Shown here one piece after another: positions 10,613 through 20,511 of a DNA stretch of 64,000 bases (the stretch's first letter is position 1; every line of letters starts with the position of its first letter). Made by a program: the position numbers and the translations under genes. The DNA is taken from IMG/VR virus record IMGVR_UViG_2236876025_000003. The stretch is one strand, 5' to 3'. Below the pieces are notes generated by a model, which ran no database searches, was not told where the DNA came from, and saw only the letters and a list, made by a program, of their open reading frames with translations. This DNA is from an uncultured virus (IMG/VR IMGVR_UViG_2236876025_000003). Its lineage: Duplodnaviria; Heunggongvirae; Uroviricota; Caudoviricetes.

Positions 10613-12987
10613 TATTGGTTCAATAATGCCTTTAATCGTCTTAGTTCGTCCATCGTCAGTGATTCTGTATCACCTTGCTGATTCTTTAGTATCAATCTAT
10701 CTGATTGTATATCTACCGAGTTAATTATATTTGTTGAAACCTGATTATAAGCATATAAACGATCAACAATGCCCCATACTTCTGAATGCTGTGTAATAGA
10801 GTCAATCGATGTCATAATACCATAAGCAAGTTCGTCATAATCTTCAGATGAGCCTCTATTCGGATCGTCGATGAAGTACGCGTCATGGACTCTTACGATA
10901 TCAGTTGTCAGATGGCCGACAAGATTACCGGATGCTGTCTTATAGTCATACTGTTCATAGAATTGATGGATATCGCTATCCTCATTTTGCGCAATATATT
11001 TAGAATATTCAGACGGTTTAATTAAGCCGAATTCTAATGCGTTGCGTCTAAGTACGTCGCTAGCGCCGCCACCAATTGTAAAGACAGAACTTACAGGCGG
11101 TGCAGAATCGATATTCTCGCCGCACCATTTACCACGCGTATCATGAGCATAAGAATCTTCGACTGTATCATTATAAATGACACCATATGTATAATGTGGC
11201 GCATTATATTGACCCATTATCACTTCATTGTTTTTACCCATACCTTTTAGGCCGATACCGCCTACCAAAGTTTTATTTATCGTGGCTCTGGTTAAAGACT
11301 CGAGCTCCGGTGATAGATTGTCATATTTTACGCAGCTGTCTGTACAATTGATTATAGTATTATTTGATGCGCTTAAAGCACTGCAATTATTAACTTTTGC
11401 CATAAAGTTATGGCTTGCACCTTTAATCGTAGCAGATAAGCCTTTAATTGTGACATTAGACGACGCATATCGTAAATCATTAGTATTACCGTTAAAATAT
11501 ACGCCTATATAACGGCTATAATCTGTACAGATATCGACATTATATATAGAATTGCCTAAATACTTTAATTTATTTGCGCCAATTAAAATATTATCACTCG
11601 AATCGTCTATATAGTTTTCTCTTGAGTTTATAGCAAAAGTACCATTGCTATCAAGAGAATAGTTTTTGTCGGAATTCATAAAAACACTTCTATAATATGG
11701 AGCTAAAGATGTATTTTCCCATTTATAGATATTCTCATTGGCGCCAATGTAAACATTTCCACCCACACGACCATCACGCTTAGATATATCAATGTTATTA
11801 TCCGAGTCAATGAACATTGCATGTGAAGCATCATATGCTGAGTTGTCAGAGCCAAACAAATTAGTAGCAATATTTTCGCCAAGTGTTTCAATACTGAATT
11901 CTACTTCACTCTTGCAATCAAGTGCTAATGGAGATTGCATATTATATGCGGTAGTTCTATTATCCGGTGCTGGAACATTAATTGCATTGTCAGCCTCACC
12001 AGTCAATGACATTATTACATGAGTAGCATCTACAGTATCTGGTGAATATTGTTTATCATAAGTATATGTTGAAATAACCTGCTGCGGTTTATATGCAGTA
12101 TCATCATTCTTTATGTGTCTATTTACTATGTGTAACATGCCCGGTGCATTTAAAGATTCGTCCATTTGGTCAACACTATATGCATTCGCTATCAATACTG
12201 ATTTCGTAGTAGCAAAATTACCGTCTTCATTTAAACCCATGTCATGGATTGTTTCTTCATCCATTGCCAAGTTTATACCGGCGCTAGTCTTAATACCGTC
12301 ATTTGTCAATCTAAATGTATTATTTATCAAAGCCAAATCTTCTGCGCTAATACCAGCATTTTCATTGACAATCGGATTTTCAGTAACAGTTATACGCCAT
12401 TCAAACTTATATGCCGTATACTTATTTCGTTCACCGCCATTATCGGATTCGAATTCAGCCAACGGCGGATCACTTACATCAGTCGACAATGCGCCAACAA
12501 CTGTCGGTAACTGAGTCTCGTCAATATTGTACTTTGCATCGTAATCAGTAACATACTGTTTGCCCATCAAAATAATGGTATGGAACGCAATAGAATCGTT
12601 GCATGTAAACTTAGTTCTGTCGAATGCGAATGAATAAAGGCCGTATACGTTATTATCTTTATCCTTTACGCCAAGATCCGGCTGGTAAACAGTCTCGAAT
12701 AAATATGTCTGCTGGCTATCAAGAACATGTTCTAACGCGTCAGCATAATTCGGGTCATTGGTCATTATGCCCGTGCCGCCGTTTGTCGTATATGATATAC
12801 CTTTAAAGCCTAATGTACCATAAGCACCAGCCTTTAAAGCTTCCCATGTCATTCCCTTGATTTCGGATTCGTCATAATGTTCTGTTAAAAGAATAGCTCC
12901 CATGACGGCAAAATGTATACCGCCGTTCTGCGCAACGAGCATTCTTCTGCCTTCATCTGTAAATACAAATTTTCCAATCTCGGCCAT
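10612..12987 (-). CDS. Tail fibre / adhesin-like protein
   Basis: Fibre-like N-term (VFTDEGRRML); Asn/Ser-rich repetitive middle; GQYN...FTIGGGASDVLRRNALE trimeric-adhesin-like motif. Confidence 0.55.
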   Translation of the reverse strand: MAEIGKFVFTDEGRRMLVAQNGGIHFAVMGAILLTEHYDESEIKGMTWEALKAGAYGTLGFKGISYTTNGGTGIMTNDPNYADALEHVLDSQQTYLFETVYQPDLGVKDKDNNVYGLYSFAFDRTKFTCNDSIAFHTIILMGKQYVTDYDAKYNIDETQLPTVVGALSTDVSDPPLAEFESDNGGERNKYTAYKFEWRITVTENPIVNENAGISAEDLALINNTFRLTNDGIKTSAGINLAMDEETIHDMGLNEDGNFATTKSVLIANAYSVDQMDESLNAPGMLHIVNRHIKNDDTAYKPQQVISTYTYDKQYSPDTVDATHVIMSLTGEADNAINVPAPDNRTTAYNMQSPLALDCKSEVEFSIETLGENIATNLFGSDNSAYDASHAMFIDSDNNIDISKRDGRVGGNVYIGANENIYKWENTSLAPYYRSVFMNSDKNYSLDSNGTFAINSRENYIDDSSDNILIGANKLKYLGNSIYNVDICTDYSRYIGVYFNGNTNDLRYASSNVTIKGLSATIKGASHNFMAKVNNCSALSASNNTIINCTDSCVKYDNLSPELESLTRATINKTLVGGIGLKGMGKNNEVIMGQYNAPHYTYGVIYNDTVEDSYAHDTRGKWCGENIDSAPPVSSVFTIGGGASDVLRRNALEFGLIKPSEYSKYIAQNEDSDIHQFYEQYDYKTASGNLVGHLTTDIVRVHDAYFIDDPNRGSSEDYDELAYGIMTSIDSITQHSEVWGIVDRLYAYNQVSTNIINSVDIQSDRLILKNQQGDTESLTMDELRRLKALLNQ

Positions 12988-13012
12988 ATATTAGTCCTTA
13001 AATTCTTTTATA

Positions 13013-13024
13013 TATTTATAAATA
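13013..13024. promoter_or_regulatory. Palindromic double late promoter
   Basis: TATTTATAAATA gives TATAAATA on both strands between divergent genes. Confidence 0.7.
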
Positions 13025-13031
13025 GAATGTT

Positions 13032-13892
13032 ATGATTTTTAATTGTAAAATATGCGGATTCAGCACTGATGACCCTAATGCATTTGCACAGCATATAAAG
13101 AAAGACCATCAGTTATCCATGAAAGGCTACTATGACCAATATCTTCGTAAAGAAGGCGAAGGCATCTGTCCAGTATGTGGAAAACCGACACAATATCTGA
13201 CCTTGACTAAAGGTTATAGGGAATATTGCAGCATAAAATGTGCAAATTCAGTCAGGCAGTCTTTAAAAACAGAAAAATATGCAGAACTTGAATGCAAGAT
13301 ATGTGGCAAAAAATTCGAAGGAACTGCACAGCAAGTAGGCGTCCAGTTTGCCAAACATCTAAAAGAACACAACATTTACGAGCCAAAGATATATTACGAT
13401 AAATATATCAGACAAGAAGGCGAAGGCGTCTGTCCGATTTGCGGAAAAGAAACGACATTCTATAGCATCCTTAGAGGTTATGACACATATTGTTGCTCGA
13501 AATGCGCCGGCGCAGCATTAAAGAACAATAGCGAATCACAACAGAGCAAATTGCACAAGCTAGTGGAATTCAAAGAGACATTAAAAAACATCGGCTCGTC
13601 AATAATCGCAAAGTATAAAAATTTTATCGCTAACGACAGAAAGCCAAAATGGTCAGACATAAGAACGAATCCGATAACGCATAATACTATTTCTACAGAA
13701 GCGGCATATCTCGACGAGAATAACAAGCCGTATATGGTAAAGACTGAAATTTCATGCAGTACCGAAAGAACGAACAATATCGGAAACCAGGTAAGATATG
13801 TGCCAAAACTTGAATCGTGCAACCAGGAATATAAGTTTGATGAAATAATCGACGACAATTCCAGGCTCGATGAAAATGAATGGTGTAATTAA
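13032..13892 (+). CDS. Tandem zinc-finger repeat protein
   Basis: Two copies of CKICG..H..H..YYD.Y...EGEG.CP.CGK..GY..YC..KCA. Confidence 0.7.
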   Translation: MIFNCKICGFSTDDPNAFAQHIKKDHQLSMKGYYDQYLRKEGEGICPVCGKPTQYLTLTKGYREYCSIKCANSVRQSLKTEKYAELECKICGKKFEGTAQQVGVQFAKHLKEHNIYEPKIYYDKYIRQEGEGVCPICGKETTFYSILRGYDTYCCSKCAGAALKNNSESQQSKLHKLVEFKETLKNIGSSIIAKYKNFIANDRKPKWSDIRTNPITHNTISTEAAYLDENNKPYMVKTEISCSTERTNNIGNQVRYVPKLESCNQEYKFDEIIDDNSRLDENEWCN

Positions 13893-13910
13893 AGTATAAA
13901 TATATAGAAT

Positions 13911-14450
13911 ATGGAAAAACTCTGGGAAAGATTCTTTTATTCTTTAGAAGATACGAATAGCATATCTGGCTTAAGACGTTTGGTAAATAATGCCGAAACG
14001 ATGTCCGCATATTTTGAAGCGAATAACATATTGGCAGAAGCGAATAAGACTTTACCAATGCTTATAAGAAAAAATAAAAAAATTAACTTAAGCTGTCATA
14101 ACAGGGATATTGACAACATCCTCGTTTTTATATTTTTAAAATCCATTACGACGATACCGACGAAAACCAAAGCTTACAAGCTTGGCCTTATTAATAAAGC
14201 AGGCGAATTAATCAAGGAACCGGCAACCCAAGAAGAACATGACGCTATTTCAAACCTTGACCTTCTGATGTTCAAACTACGAGAATGGCTTAGACCGAAA
14301 ATGTATTGCCTTGCTTCTATTAACTGGATTAGAGGCTTATACAAAGATAAAAGAATACAGAACTACTTAATGAATACAGACTTTATTTCTAGGCAATATG
14401 TCGTAAGACGTCTCAACAATGAACTAAACGATATTTTAAGGAAACATTAA
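13911..14450 (+). CDS. Hypothetical late protein
   Basis: TKAYKLGLINKAG motif reminiscent of T4-like hypotheticals; TATAAATA 13895-13902. Confidence 0.6.
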   Translation: MEKLWERFFYSLEDTNSISGLRRLVNNAETMSAYFEANNILAEANKTLPMLIRKNKKINLSCHNRDIDNILVFIFLKSITTIPTKTKAYKLGLINKAGELIKEPATQEEHDAISNLDLLMFKLREWLRPKMYCLASINWIRGLYKDKRIQNYLMNTDFISRQYVVRRLNNELNDILRKH

Positions 14451-14451
14451 T

Positions 14452-14715
14452 ATGCACCCATTCTTTCCGCCTCGTCCACCTTGTCCCGAATGCGAACGAT
14501 TACGTAAGTCGGAATATGAAAAATACGGTTTCAATATAGTAATAGGCGGAAAATACTGGACAAAAATACCAGAAGTCAGAAAGTGCTGTCCTATAAAAGT
14601 AACTGTCGTCGAAAGTACCGCCGAGTCAATAACAGTAGACTTTAATGGCGTTAAATTCACAAAGAGCAGAACTGACTTCCTCAAATCTAGCTGGCGCGAT
14701 TATGACTCTTTTTAA
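14452..14715 (+). CDS. Hypothetical protein
   Basis: 87-aa ORF tightly packed in operon. Confidence 0.5.
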   Translation: MHPFFPPRPPCPECERLRKSEYEKYGFNIVIGGKYWTKIPEVRKCCPIKVTVVESTAESITVDFNGVKFTKSRTDFLKSSWRDYDSF

Positions 14716-15106
14716 AATAAGTCAAGACTACGCTTTAAAATTATATGAAGAGTGTCTACAAAAATATTTCAACGAATTAAAACCAATTCCTTTAAAAGTC
14801 GAGCCAATTAATGAACTCGGCTTATTTAAATTCGACATAGACAACTTTTCTTTAGTAAATCCGCAAATAATAATATCGAATAAAAAATATAGGACCGATG
14901 AAGGCTACAAGAATACCATACTCCATGAATTAATTCATTATTCCGTATATTCAAAACTTTCAGATGATGAAATCTATAAAGCAATAAGCTCAAACAACCA
15001 AGAGATATTTGACGAATTACTCGAAATGGGTAAGCATGCGCACGGCAAAAAATGGAATTCTGAAAAAGATACTATAAATAATATATACAATTTGAATATA
15101 CGGTAA
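14702..15106 (+). CDS. SprT-like zinc metalloprotease domain protein
   Basis: TILHELIH (HExxH) and downstream HGKKW; start chosen at ATG 14702. Confidence 0.7.
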   Translation: MTLFKISQDYALKLYEECLQKYFNELKPIPLKVEPINELGLFKFDIDNFSLVNPQIIISNKKYRTDEGYKNTILHELIHYSVYSKLSDDEIYKAISSNNQEIFDELLEMGKHAHGKKWNSEKDTINNIYNLNIR

Positions 15107-15110
15107 AAAA

Positions 15111-15680
15111 ATGGTAGATTTTTTAGAAAATGAAGATGATTTCACATTAGATGAAGATTTTAGTATGGGTGTCGGTGGCCCTTGCGGCCTTGATCAAGGC
15201 ATCCCACATGGCGGCGACTGTAAAGGTTGTTGTCCGCAACGCATGGGAATGTTATACCAGCGTTCACCATTTTCAACTAATCCGTTCTATAGAGGTGTAG
15301 CTGCCGCGCATCATCCTGGATATTGGCTCGGTCAAATTCCGAAAAAACGTCGTAAGAAAAAACGTCGTAAGCTCAAGGAAGATGCAGAGTCTGTACAAAA
15401 GCATCAAGAACTGCTAGAATTTATAAAGAAAGCATGTTTTAGATATTATTTCAATCTATGCGGTAAAGAAGATTGCGCTAATGAACATGCAACGCCGGAA
15501 GAATTAATGGATCATTTCAATAAAGGCTTTAAAGAAGACATAACCCCGCCGATTAGATCCTATGAAATCGGAAAATTTGCAAGAAGAATATGCGGTCATG
15601 CCTTTGATAAAGAAGACGCTGAAGAATTAATAATGCACTATAAACATGAGCTTAAGCTTCACGCAAAATTACTGGCGTAA
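15111..15680 (+). CDS. Hypothetical protein
   Basis: Acidic N-term, Cys/Gly segment, basic KKRRKKKRRK tract. Confidence 0.55.
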   Translation: MVDFLENEDDFTLDEDFSMGVGGPCGLDQGIPHGGDCKGCCPQRMGMLYQRSPFSTNPFYRGVAAAHHPGYWLGQIPKKRRKKKRRKLKEDAESVQKHQELLEFIKKACFRYYFNLCGKEDCANEHATPEELMDHFNKGFKEDITPPIRSYEIGKFARRICGHAFDKEDAEELIMHYKHELKLHAKLLA

Positions 15681-15701
15681 TAAAATCAATAGAGTGTATA
15701 T

Positions 15702-16085
15702 ATGGATGTGAAAACTCAACAGCTTAATATTATGATGGACGCAATACGCCAAATAGTACGCGTAAAAACATGTCCTCCATGGGTAGTCGGTAAATTAACC
15801 GATGCGGTCAAGCGTGCAAAAACATTAAACGATGAAGCTGAAACCGGTATATCAGATTTCAGCGAATATGAAGTTGATTATGTATGCAGACCGTTTAATC
15901 CGGATGAAAAGGCAATAAGCACAGTCGAAGGTGATAAATGCCTATATCAAATTATTAATGCGTGCGATCCAATAAACGGCATAAATTTATATAACATAAA
16001 AATTATAAAGGGCGATAAAAATAATCCAACCGGATATATCGTTTATAACGTCCCCGAAACAAAACTACAACATATTAAGGAATAA
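15702..16085 (+). CDS. Hypothetical protein
   Basis: 127-aa ORF in operon. Confidence 0.55.
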   Translation: MDVKTQQLNIMMDAIRQIVRVKTCPPWVVGKLTDAVKRAKTLNDEAETGISDFSEYEVDYVCRPFNPDEKAISTVEGDKCLYQIINACDPINGINLYNIKIIKGDKNNPTGYIVYNVPETKLQHIKE

Positions 16086-16088
16086 CTT

Positions 16089-16598
16089 ATGGCAATACAT
16101 GTTAATAGGCCATCAAATCTAAGGAGAGTTATCGTGAAGAGAGACTTTGAAGCGCTTTATGCGGCAAGAAAAACCGAAGAAAATTATACACAGCAGGATA
16201 TTCAGCATTTAAAATTGGTAAACCCGAATGCTGTTCTTCCTAACAGTTATACGTCGATTCCTAGAATACCTAGTCCGGCAAGAACCGATACGCGTTCTAC
16301 TGCTTCAGCCCAGCCAGTACTGAATGACAAATTCGAAGAAGAATATCAGGCATTTATTGAACAAATGAAAGCTAAAAGGGATGGAGACGCAAAGATTAAA
16401 GAGCAGCTTGAAGCTGCACAGCAAGCAGAAACTGAAATTACAGAAACAGTAAAGGAAACAACAAATGAAATCGTCGAAGAATCTACTCCTGTTGAAACCG
16501 TCAAAACACTCGAGGTTACTGAGCCAGTTAAAAAGACTCGAAAACCGAAGAAAAAGGTGGTTGAACAAACTGACGAAATAATTGAAACTATCGAATAA
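16089..16598 (+). CDS. Hypothetical protein
   Basis: 169-aa ORF with AAGGA SD; Glu/Thr/Lys-rich C-term. Confidence 0.55.
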   Translation: MAIHVNRPSNLRRVIVKRDFEALYAARKTEENYTQQDIQHLKLVNPNAVLPNSYTSIPRIPSPARTDTRSTASAQPVLNDKFEEEYQAFIEQMKAKRDGDAKIKEQLEAAQQAETEITETVKETTNEIVEESTPVETVKTLEVTEPVKKTRKPKKKVVEQTDEIIETIE

Positions 16599-16600
16599 TA

Positions 16601-16627
16601 AAAAAGAGCCAATCACTTGGCTCTTTT
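16601..16627. terminator. Bidirectional intrinsic terminator
   Basis: AAAAGAGCCAA-tcac-TTGGCTCTTTT. Confidence 0.85.
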
Positions 16628-16646
16628 AATTTTATATCAAATTAAA

Positions 16647-17456
16647 TTAATTGACATCTAATGCAGTGAGCATATCTCTCGTATTATCAAGATCGCCCTT
16701 CATTGTAGCAATATCCTGTTTGATTTCATCGCGTTTCTTGATGAGTGGTTCCTTCATCTTTCTGTTAAGATAAGCTCTGGCCTTTACATCAATCTTAGCG
16801 CCAATCTTCTTGATTAAGAATATTGCATTCTTAATATTCTTAAATTCAAGGTCTTCAGGATTCAATAACTTTCCATTGAAAATCAACTCAATATCAGTCT
16901 TAACCTTTTCGATTTCAACCAATTGCTCTTCTTTCAATGTCTGTGTTACCGCGACTACCGCCTGCATAATCTTTTCTACATCATAGACAACTTTAGCCGC
17001 TGGCGTGCTGTTTGTCGTAACGTCATTCGGATCAACCTTGCCTTGCAAGAATTCCGGGTCATCTTCATGAGAGCCGTCATTTACAGGAGATTCGTCTTCC
17101 TTGTCATCTTCAGCATTCTGGCCATCGCCAGTTTCGCCACCTGCACCACCAGTGCCACCACCAGCTCCGCCTGCTCCACCACCAGCTCCGCCAGCACCGC
17201 CGACGTCTCCACCAAACGGATCTGCGCCGCCTGCAGCATCTGCAGCAAATGGATCTGCGCCACCGGTATCACCACCAGCGTCTCCACCGGTATCGCCACT
17301 AGTATCACCTGCATCACCACCAAACGGATCTGCTTCGGTCAAAATTGGCGTTCCTTCAAAATCTGCTTCATCAGTTAAAAACTTACTAAACGATTCACCC
17401 AAATCAATCTTAATCGGGCCAATCGCTTTCTGAAGCATGTCTTCTAATTTTCCCAT
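16647..17456 (-). CDS. Gly/Asp-rich protein, possible prohead core or internal protein
   Basis: Three ADPF repeats in a Gly-rich linker; LTE cleavage-like site. Confidence 0.5.
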   Translation of the reverse strand: MGKLEDMLQKAIGPIKIDLGESFSKFLTDEADFEGTPILTEADPFGGDAGDTSGDTGGDAGGDTGGADPFAADAAGGADPFGGDVGGAGGAGGGAGGAGGGTGGAGGETGDGQNAEDDKEDESPVNDGSHEDDPEFLQGKVDPNDVTTNSTPAAKVVYDVEKIMQAVVAVTQTLKEEQLVEIEKVKTDIELIFNGKLLNPEDLEFKNIKNAIFLIKKIGAKIDVKARAYLNRKMKEPLIKKRDEIKQDIATMKGDLDNTRDMLTALDVN

Positions 17457-17465
17457 ATTTACTTC

Positions 17466-17816
17466 CTAGCCTCTAAAAATCTCGTTTATTCTTTCAACTA
17501 TTATCTCTTTATTTATACTTCTTATATTAGAGCATGTCAAATAATTAAAGAATACCCTCGCAGCTTTAGAATTTTTCTTAGTTAAAAGTTCATAAAGACC
17601 GTACTTGTCTTTGTTTATGACCATATTGGCCATTAACTCCATGAGGTCTGTCATTCGTTCTGCCGTATGTTCGCAGTCTTTAGATTCACCTTGATATGTC
17701 TTAAAAAACTTATCAAGATATTTCTTCATAAATTCATTACGATGGTCTAATTTATAATATATAGAAAATAACAATTTAAGCTCCGCCTTACGATAAATCA
17801 AAATTCGGCAATTCAA
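17466..17816 (-). CDS. Hypothetical protein (start may be MKKYLDK)
   Basis: ORF in minus-strand operon. Confidence 0.45.
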   Translation of the reverse strand: MNCRILIYRKAELKLLFSIYYKLDHRNEFMKKYLDKFFKTYQGESKDCEHTAERMTDLMELMANMVINKDKYGLYELLTKKNSKAARVFFNYLTCSNIRSINKEIIVERINEIFRG

Positions 17817-18336
17817 CTGGTGCCGTAACGACTTTTGCCTGTTTCATTATATCGAACTGTTCTTTGGGATTAAATATATACGTATTATTCTGCGTAATCT
17901 GGCCTGGAACTTGCTGCCCCTTATCTGCAGTGATTCTTTTCGTCGCAAGTTTTTCTTTCAATTCAAGAGATTTTTCCTTGAAATTTTCACCAGTTTCGAC
18001 AACCTGATAATCAGTAATTATCTTTTCGAGTTCTGTTAATTGCGCAACATTATCGCGAACAGACTTCGATAATGCTGTATACATCATATAGAAATTCGGT
18101 GCCGCTGCGCCGCCTAAAATTAAATCCTTTAATGAATCCATAACTTCACGGTCAGATTCAATCAATTCCTGAAGTTCAGTCATCAAATATTCTTTATCGG
18201 CAAGCGTATATTTCTGTTCTACGATTCCATCTCGAATTTCATTGATTTTAACATTAGCTGCACTGATGGTTGACTTTACATCTTCCTCTACAGCCTCAAT
18301 ATTAAATTCTTTTTCTAAACCTTCAAATCCACTCAT
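17788..18336 (-). CDS. Probable terminase small subunit (gp16-like)
   Basis: Helical 182-aa protein, LEKEFNI N-term, QNNTYIF C-terminal strand; next to gp4 gene. Confidence 0.5.
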   Translation of the reverse strand: MSGFEGLEKEFNIEAVEEDVKSTISAANVKINEIRDGIVEQKYTLADKEYLMTELQELIESDREVMDSLKDLILGGAAAPNFYMMYTALSKSVRDNVAQLTELEKIITDYQVVETGENFKEKSLELKEKLATKRITADKGQQVPGQITQNNTYIFNPKEQFDIMKQAKVVTAPVELPNFDLS

Positions 18337-18395
18337 ATGTTAAAATATAGTAAAATTATTTACCTACGGTTGACTAAACATTTAATTCTGTAAAT

Positions 18396-18917
18396 TTATT
18401 TACACATATTCAAAATCTGTCGTTCGGTCAAGACTTTGAATGTATATCCGTTTTCAGCACACCATTTTCTTGCGGCCTTCCATTTCGAGTTGTTAGTCCT
18501 TATGACATTACACTTTTCCTGCCACCGCATTAAAGCTTTCTGAGAACGGGTTTTAGGCGGGTTCGGATATATCAGTTCATTATTTTCGTCAAGCTTAGCC
18601 ATCTGGCTTTCTGGCTTTACCTCAATAATATACTTGTCGATACGACCGTTCACGTCTTTACATTTCATATAGAAATCAGTAATATATATATGTTGCTTAC
18701 CATCGACTTCTGAAATATAAGGAACTTTCAAGACTTCAGAACCCCACTCAAGTATCGTAGCATATCTGTCACAAAACCGCATGAGCTTTAATTCCCAACT
18801 GCTGCGATAAGTTATTTTGCTGACTTTTCCTAATGCTCCGTTCAAGTTTACGCACTTATACGGATGCTTCGGAAAAAATTTTCCCTTATAATAATCATTG
18901 CTAAATATCATTCCCAT
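18396..18917 (-). CDS. Head completion nuclease (gp4-like, TnsA-type PD-(D/E)xK)
   Basis: YKGKFFPKHP, YRSSWE, WGSE, YITDF, IIEVKP, NNSKWKAA, FKVLTE. Confidence 0.9.
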   Translation of the reverse strand: MGMIFSNDYYKGKFFPKHPYKCVNLNGALGKVSKITYRSSWELKLMRFCDRYATILEWGSEVLKVPYISEVDGKQHIYITDFYMKCKDVNGRIDKYIIEVKPESQMAKLDENNELIYPNPPKTRSQKALMRWQEKCNVIRTNNSKWKAARKWCAENGYTFKVLTERQILNMCK

Positions 18918-18926
18918 AAATCACCT

Positions 18927-19691
18927 TTACCAACCACCAAATGGGTCATAATATTCTGGATTCTCTTCTTTTATTTCCGGATCCTTGTATACGTAATCGA
19001 ACGTATTTACTGTCTCGTGCGCCGTTACGTCGTCATTTGTTTTCAACGGATCGTTAAAATTATATTGCGCAGAAAGACAATACGGTGCGACATCGTAAAT
19101 CGGGTCGGCTGAATTTGCCAATGTAGGGGAATTAGCCGACACGGACCACTTATTGTCCTTGTATACCTTCAATGTCATCGTATATGTATGCTTTGCGAGA
19201 CCGAACGCTTCCGTATAATACTTGACATCTACGACTCTATAAAAAGTATCATTCGGGTTTATATAGACAATATCGCCTATTTTGGCAGGACATTCATCAT
19301 ATACTTCTGGCGTATTCTTATCATAACCGCCATAGGTCGAAAAATAATTAAACGCGTTTATACTTGCGTATAATGTTACCGTATCTTCGCCCCAGATACC
19401 TTGAAGCTGATATGTTCGCACATTAGGCGGTAACTGCTGGACATAGCCCATAAAATACCAGCTACGTTCAATTTCCCTTAACTGGTCTTCACCGAACAGC
19501 TTATCTCTTTCCAAGTCTTCAGTTACATGGTAATATGTGCACTTAATACCGTAAAGCCCATAAGCGTCCAATGTAACATCGTCTACCGTATCTTCTTCAT
19601 TCGTGCATATGACATTATCTTGTTCGTCGGCTAACGCAGCGGTAGTCGAACAAAGCCATGGAAACATATTTGTATCTGTAATTTTTGCCAT
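18927..19691 (-). CDS. Neck/head closure protein (gp14-like), paralogue A
   Basis: DKLFGED, PAKIGDIVY, C-term YDPFGGW. Confidence 0.75.
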   Translation of the reverse strand: MAKITDTNMFPWLCSTTAALADEQDNVICTNEEDTVDDVTLDAYGLYGIKCTYYHVTEDLERDKLFGEDQLREIERSWYFMGYVQQLPPNVRTYQLQGIWGEDTVTLYASINAFNYFSTYGGYDKNTPEVYDECPAKIGDIVYINPNDTFYRVVDVKYYTEAFGLAKHTYTMTLKVYKDNKWSVSANSPTLANSADPIYDVAPYCLSAQYNFNDPLKTNDDVTAHETVNTFDYVYKDPEIKEENPEYYDPFGGW

Positions 19692-19698
19692 ATTTTAT

Positions 19699-20511
19699 TT
19701 ACGTAACTGAAAACAGCCCGTCGTCAGACCATTCTACCTTTATCTTGTCATTATGCGGCGCGTAAGTCTTTGGTAAAGCATAAAATGCGCATGGAATAGC
19801 GTCACCGCTGTTAATCGGCTGATATTCTATCATGTTCATATCGTTATGCTTTTCTGCCCTGTTTCCATCATACCATGTAATCATGATGCCATTTCCGATA
19901 AAGCCAGGTTTCGTGCTTGACAATACTATATCATCAGTCTTCAAGTTCGTCTGGCCTTCGCAAACAGGTTCTTCAGGAATACTGTATATCCTATACTCAT
20001 TGGCATTATAGCCTGAAGAAAAATTATAATTTTCCGTAAAATGTTTCATTTCCGCATCGTATACAGAACGGTCGGTATCAGAGATGACACCTTCCATCTG
20101 CGCAATATCATAATTTGACTTTTTAGCGTCATAGACATTGTAATTGAATGCACTATAGTAAATATCTCTTTCTATCAATGTTCCCGTAGTCGGCTTGTCG
20201 AAATTGGAAAAAAGATATGAAGAAACCGGCGTATTGAATAGGCCTTCATACGATGCCTCTGCTTCAAGCCCGTCAATATCCGATATTGTCTCAGTGTGCG
20301 CCTTATGCAATACTCCTAAATATTCGAATCTCTGGTTTTCCATGAAGTCAGAAAATTTAGAATTTATATTTTTAGCAACAGATTCACGAACATCACAATT
20401 ATAAACGAACCAAGCATCAAAATGCAACGGCTCCAAATGATTATTCAGTTTATCCTTGTCATTTCGTAACAGATGGTTTATATATGCGTTACATACAAAT
20501 CCCTTAGACAT
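19699..20511 (-). CDS. Hypothetical virion protein
   Basis: N-term FVCNAYINHLL and C-term IKVEWSDDGLF; lies in structural operon. Confidence 0.5.
   Translation of the reverse strand: MSKGFVCNAYINHLLRNDKDKLNNHLEPLHFDAWFVYNCDVRESVAKNINSKFSDFMENQRFEYLGVLHKAHTETISDIDGLEAEASYEGLFNTPVSSYLFSNFDKPTTGTLIERDIYYSAFNYNVYDAKKSNYDIAQMEGVISDTDRSVYDAEMKHFTENYNFSSGYNANEYRIYSIPEEPVCEGQTNLKTDDIVLSSTKPGFIGNGIMITWYDGNRAEKHNDMNMIEYQPINSGDAIPCAFYALPKTYAPHNDKIKVEWSDDGLFSVT

Noticed and set aside
17130..17335. GC-rich short repeats resembling an array
   Set aside because: They encode the Gly/Ala/Asp linker of the 269-aa protein; no repeat-spacer periodicity, so not CRISPR
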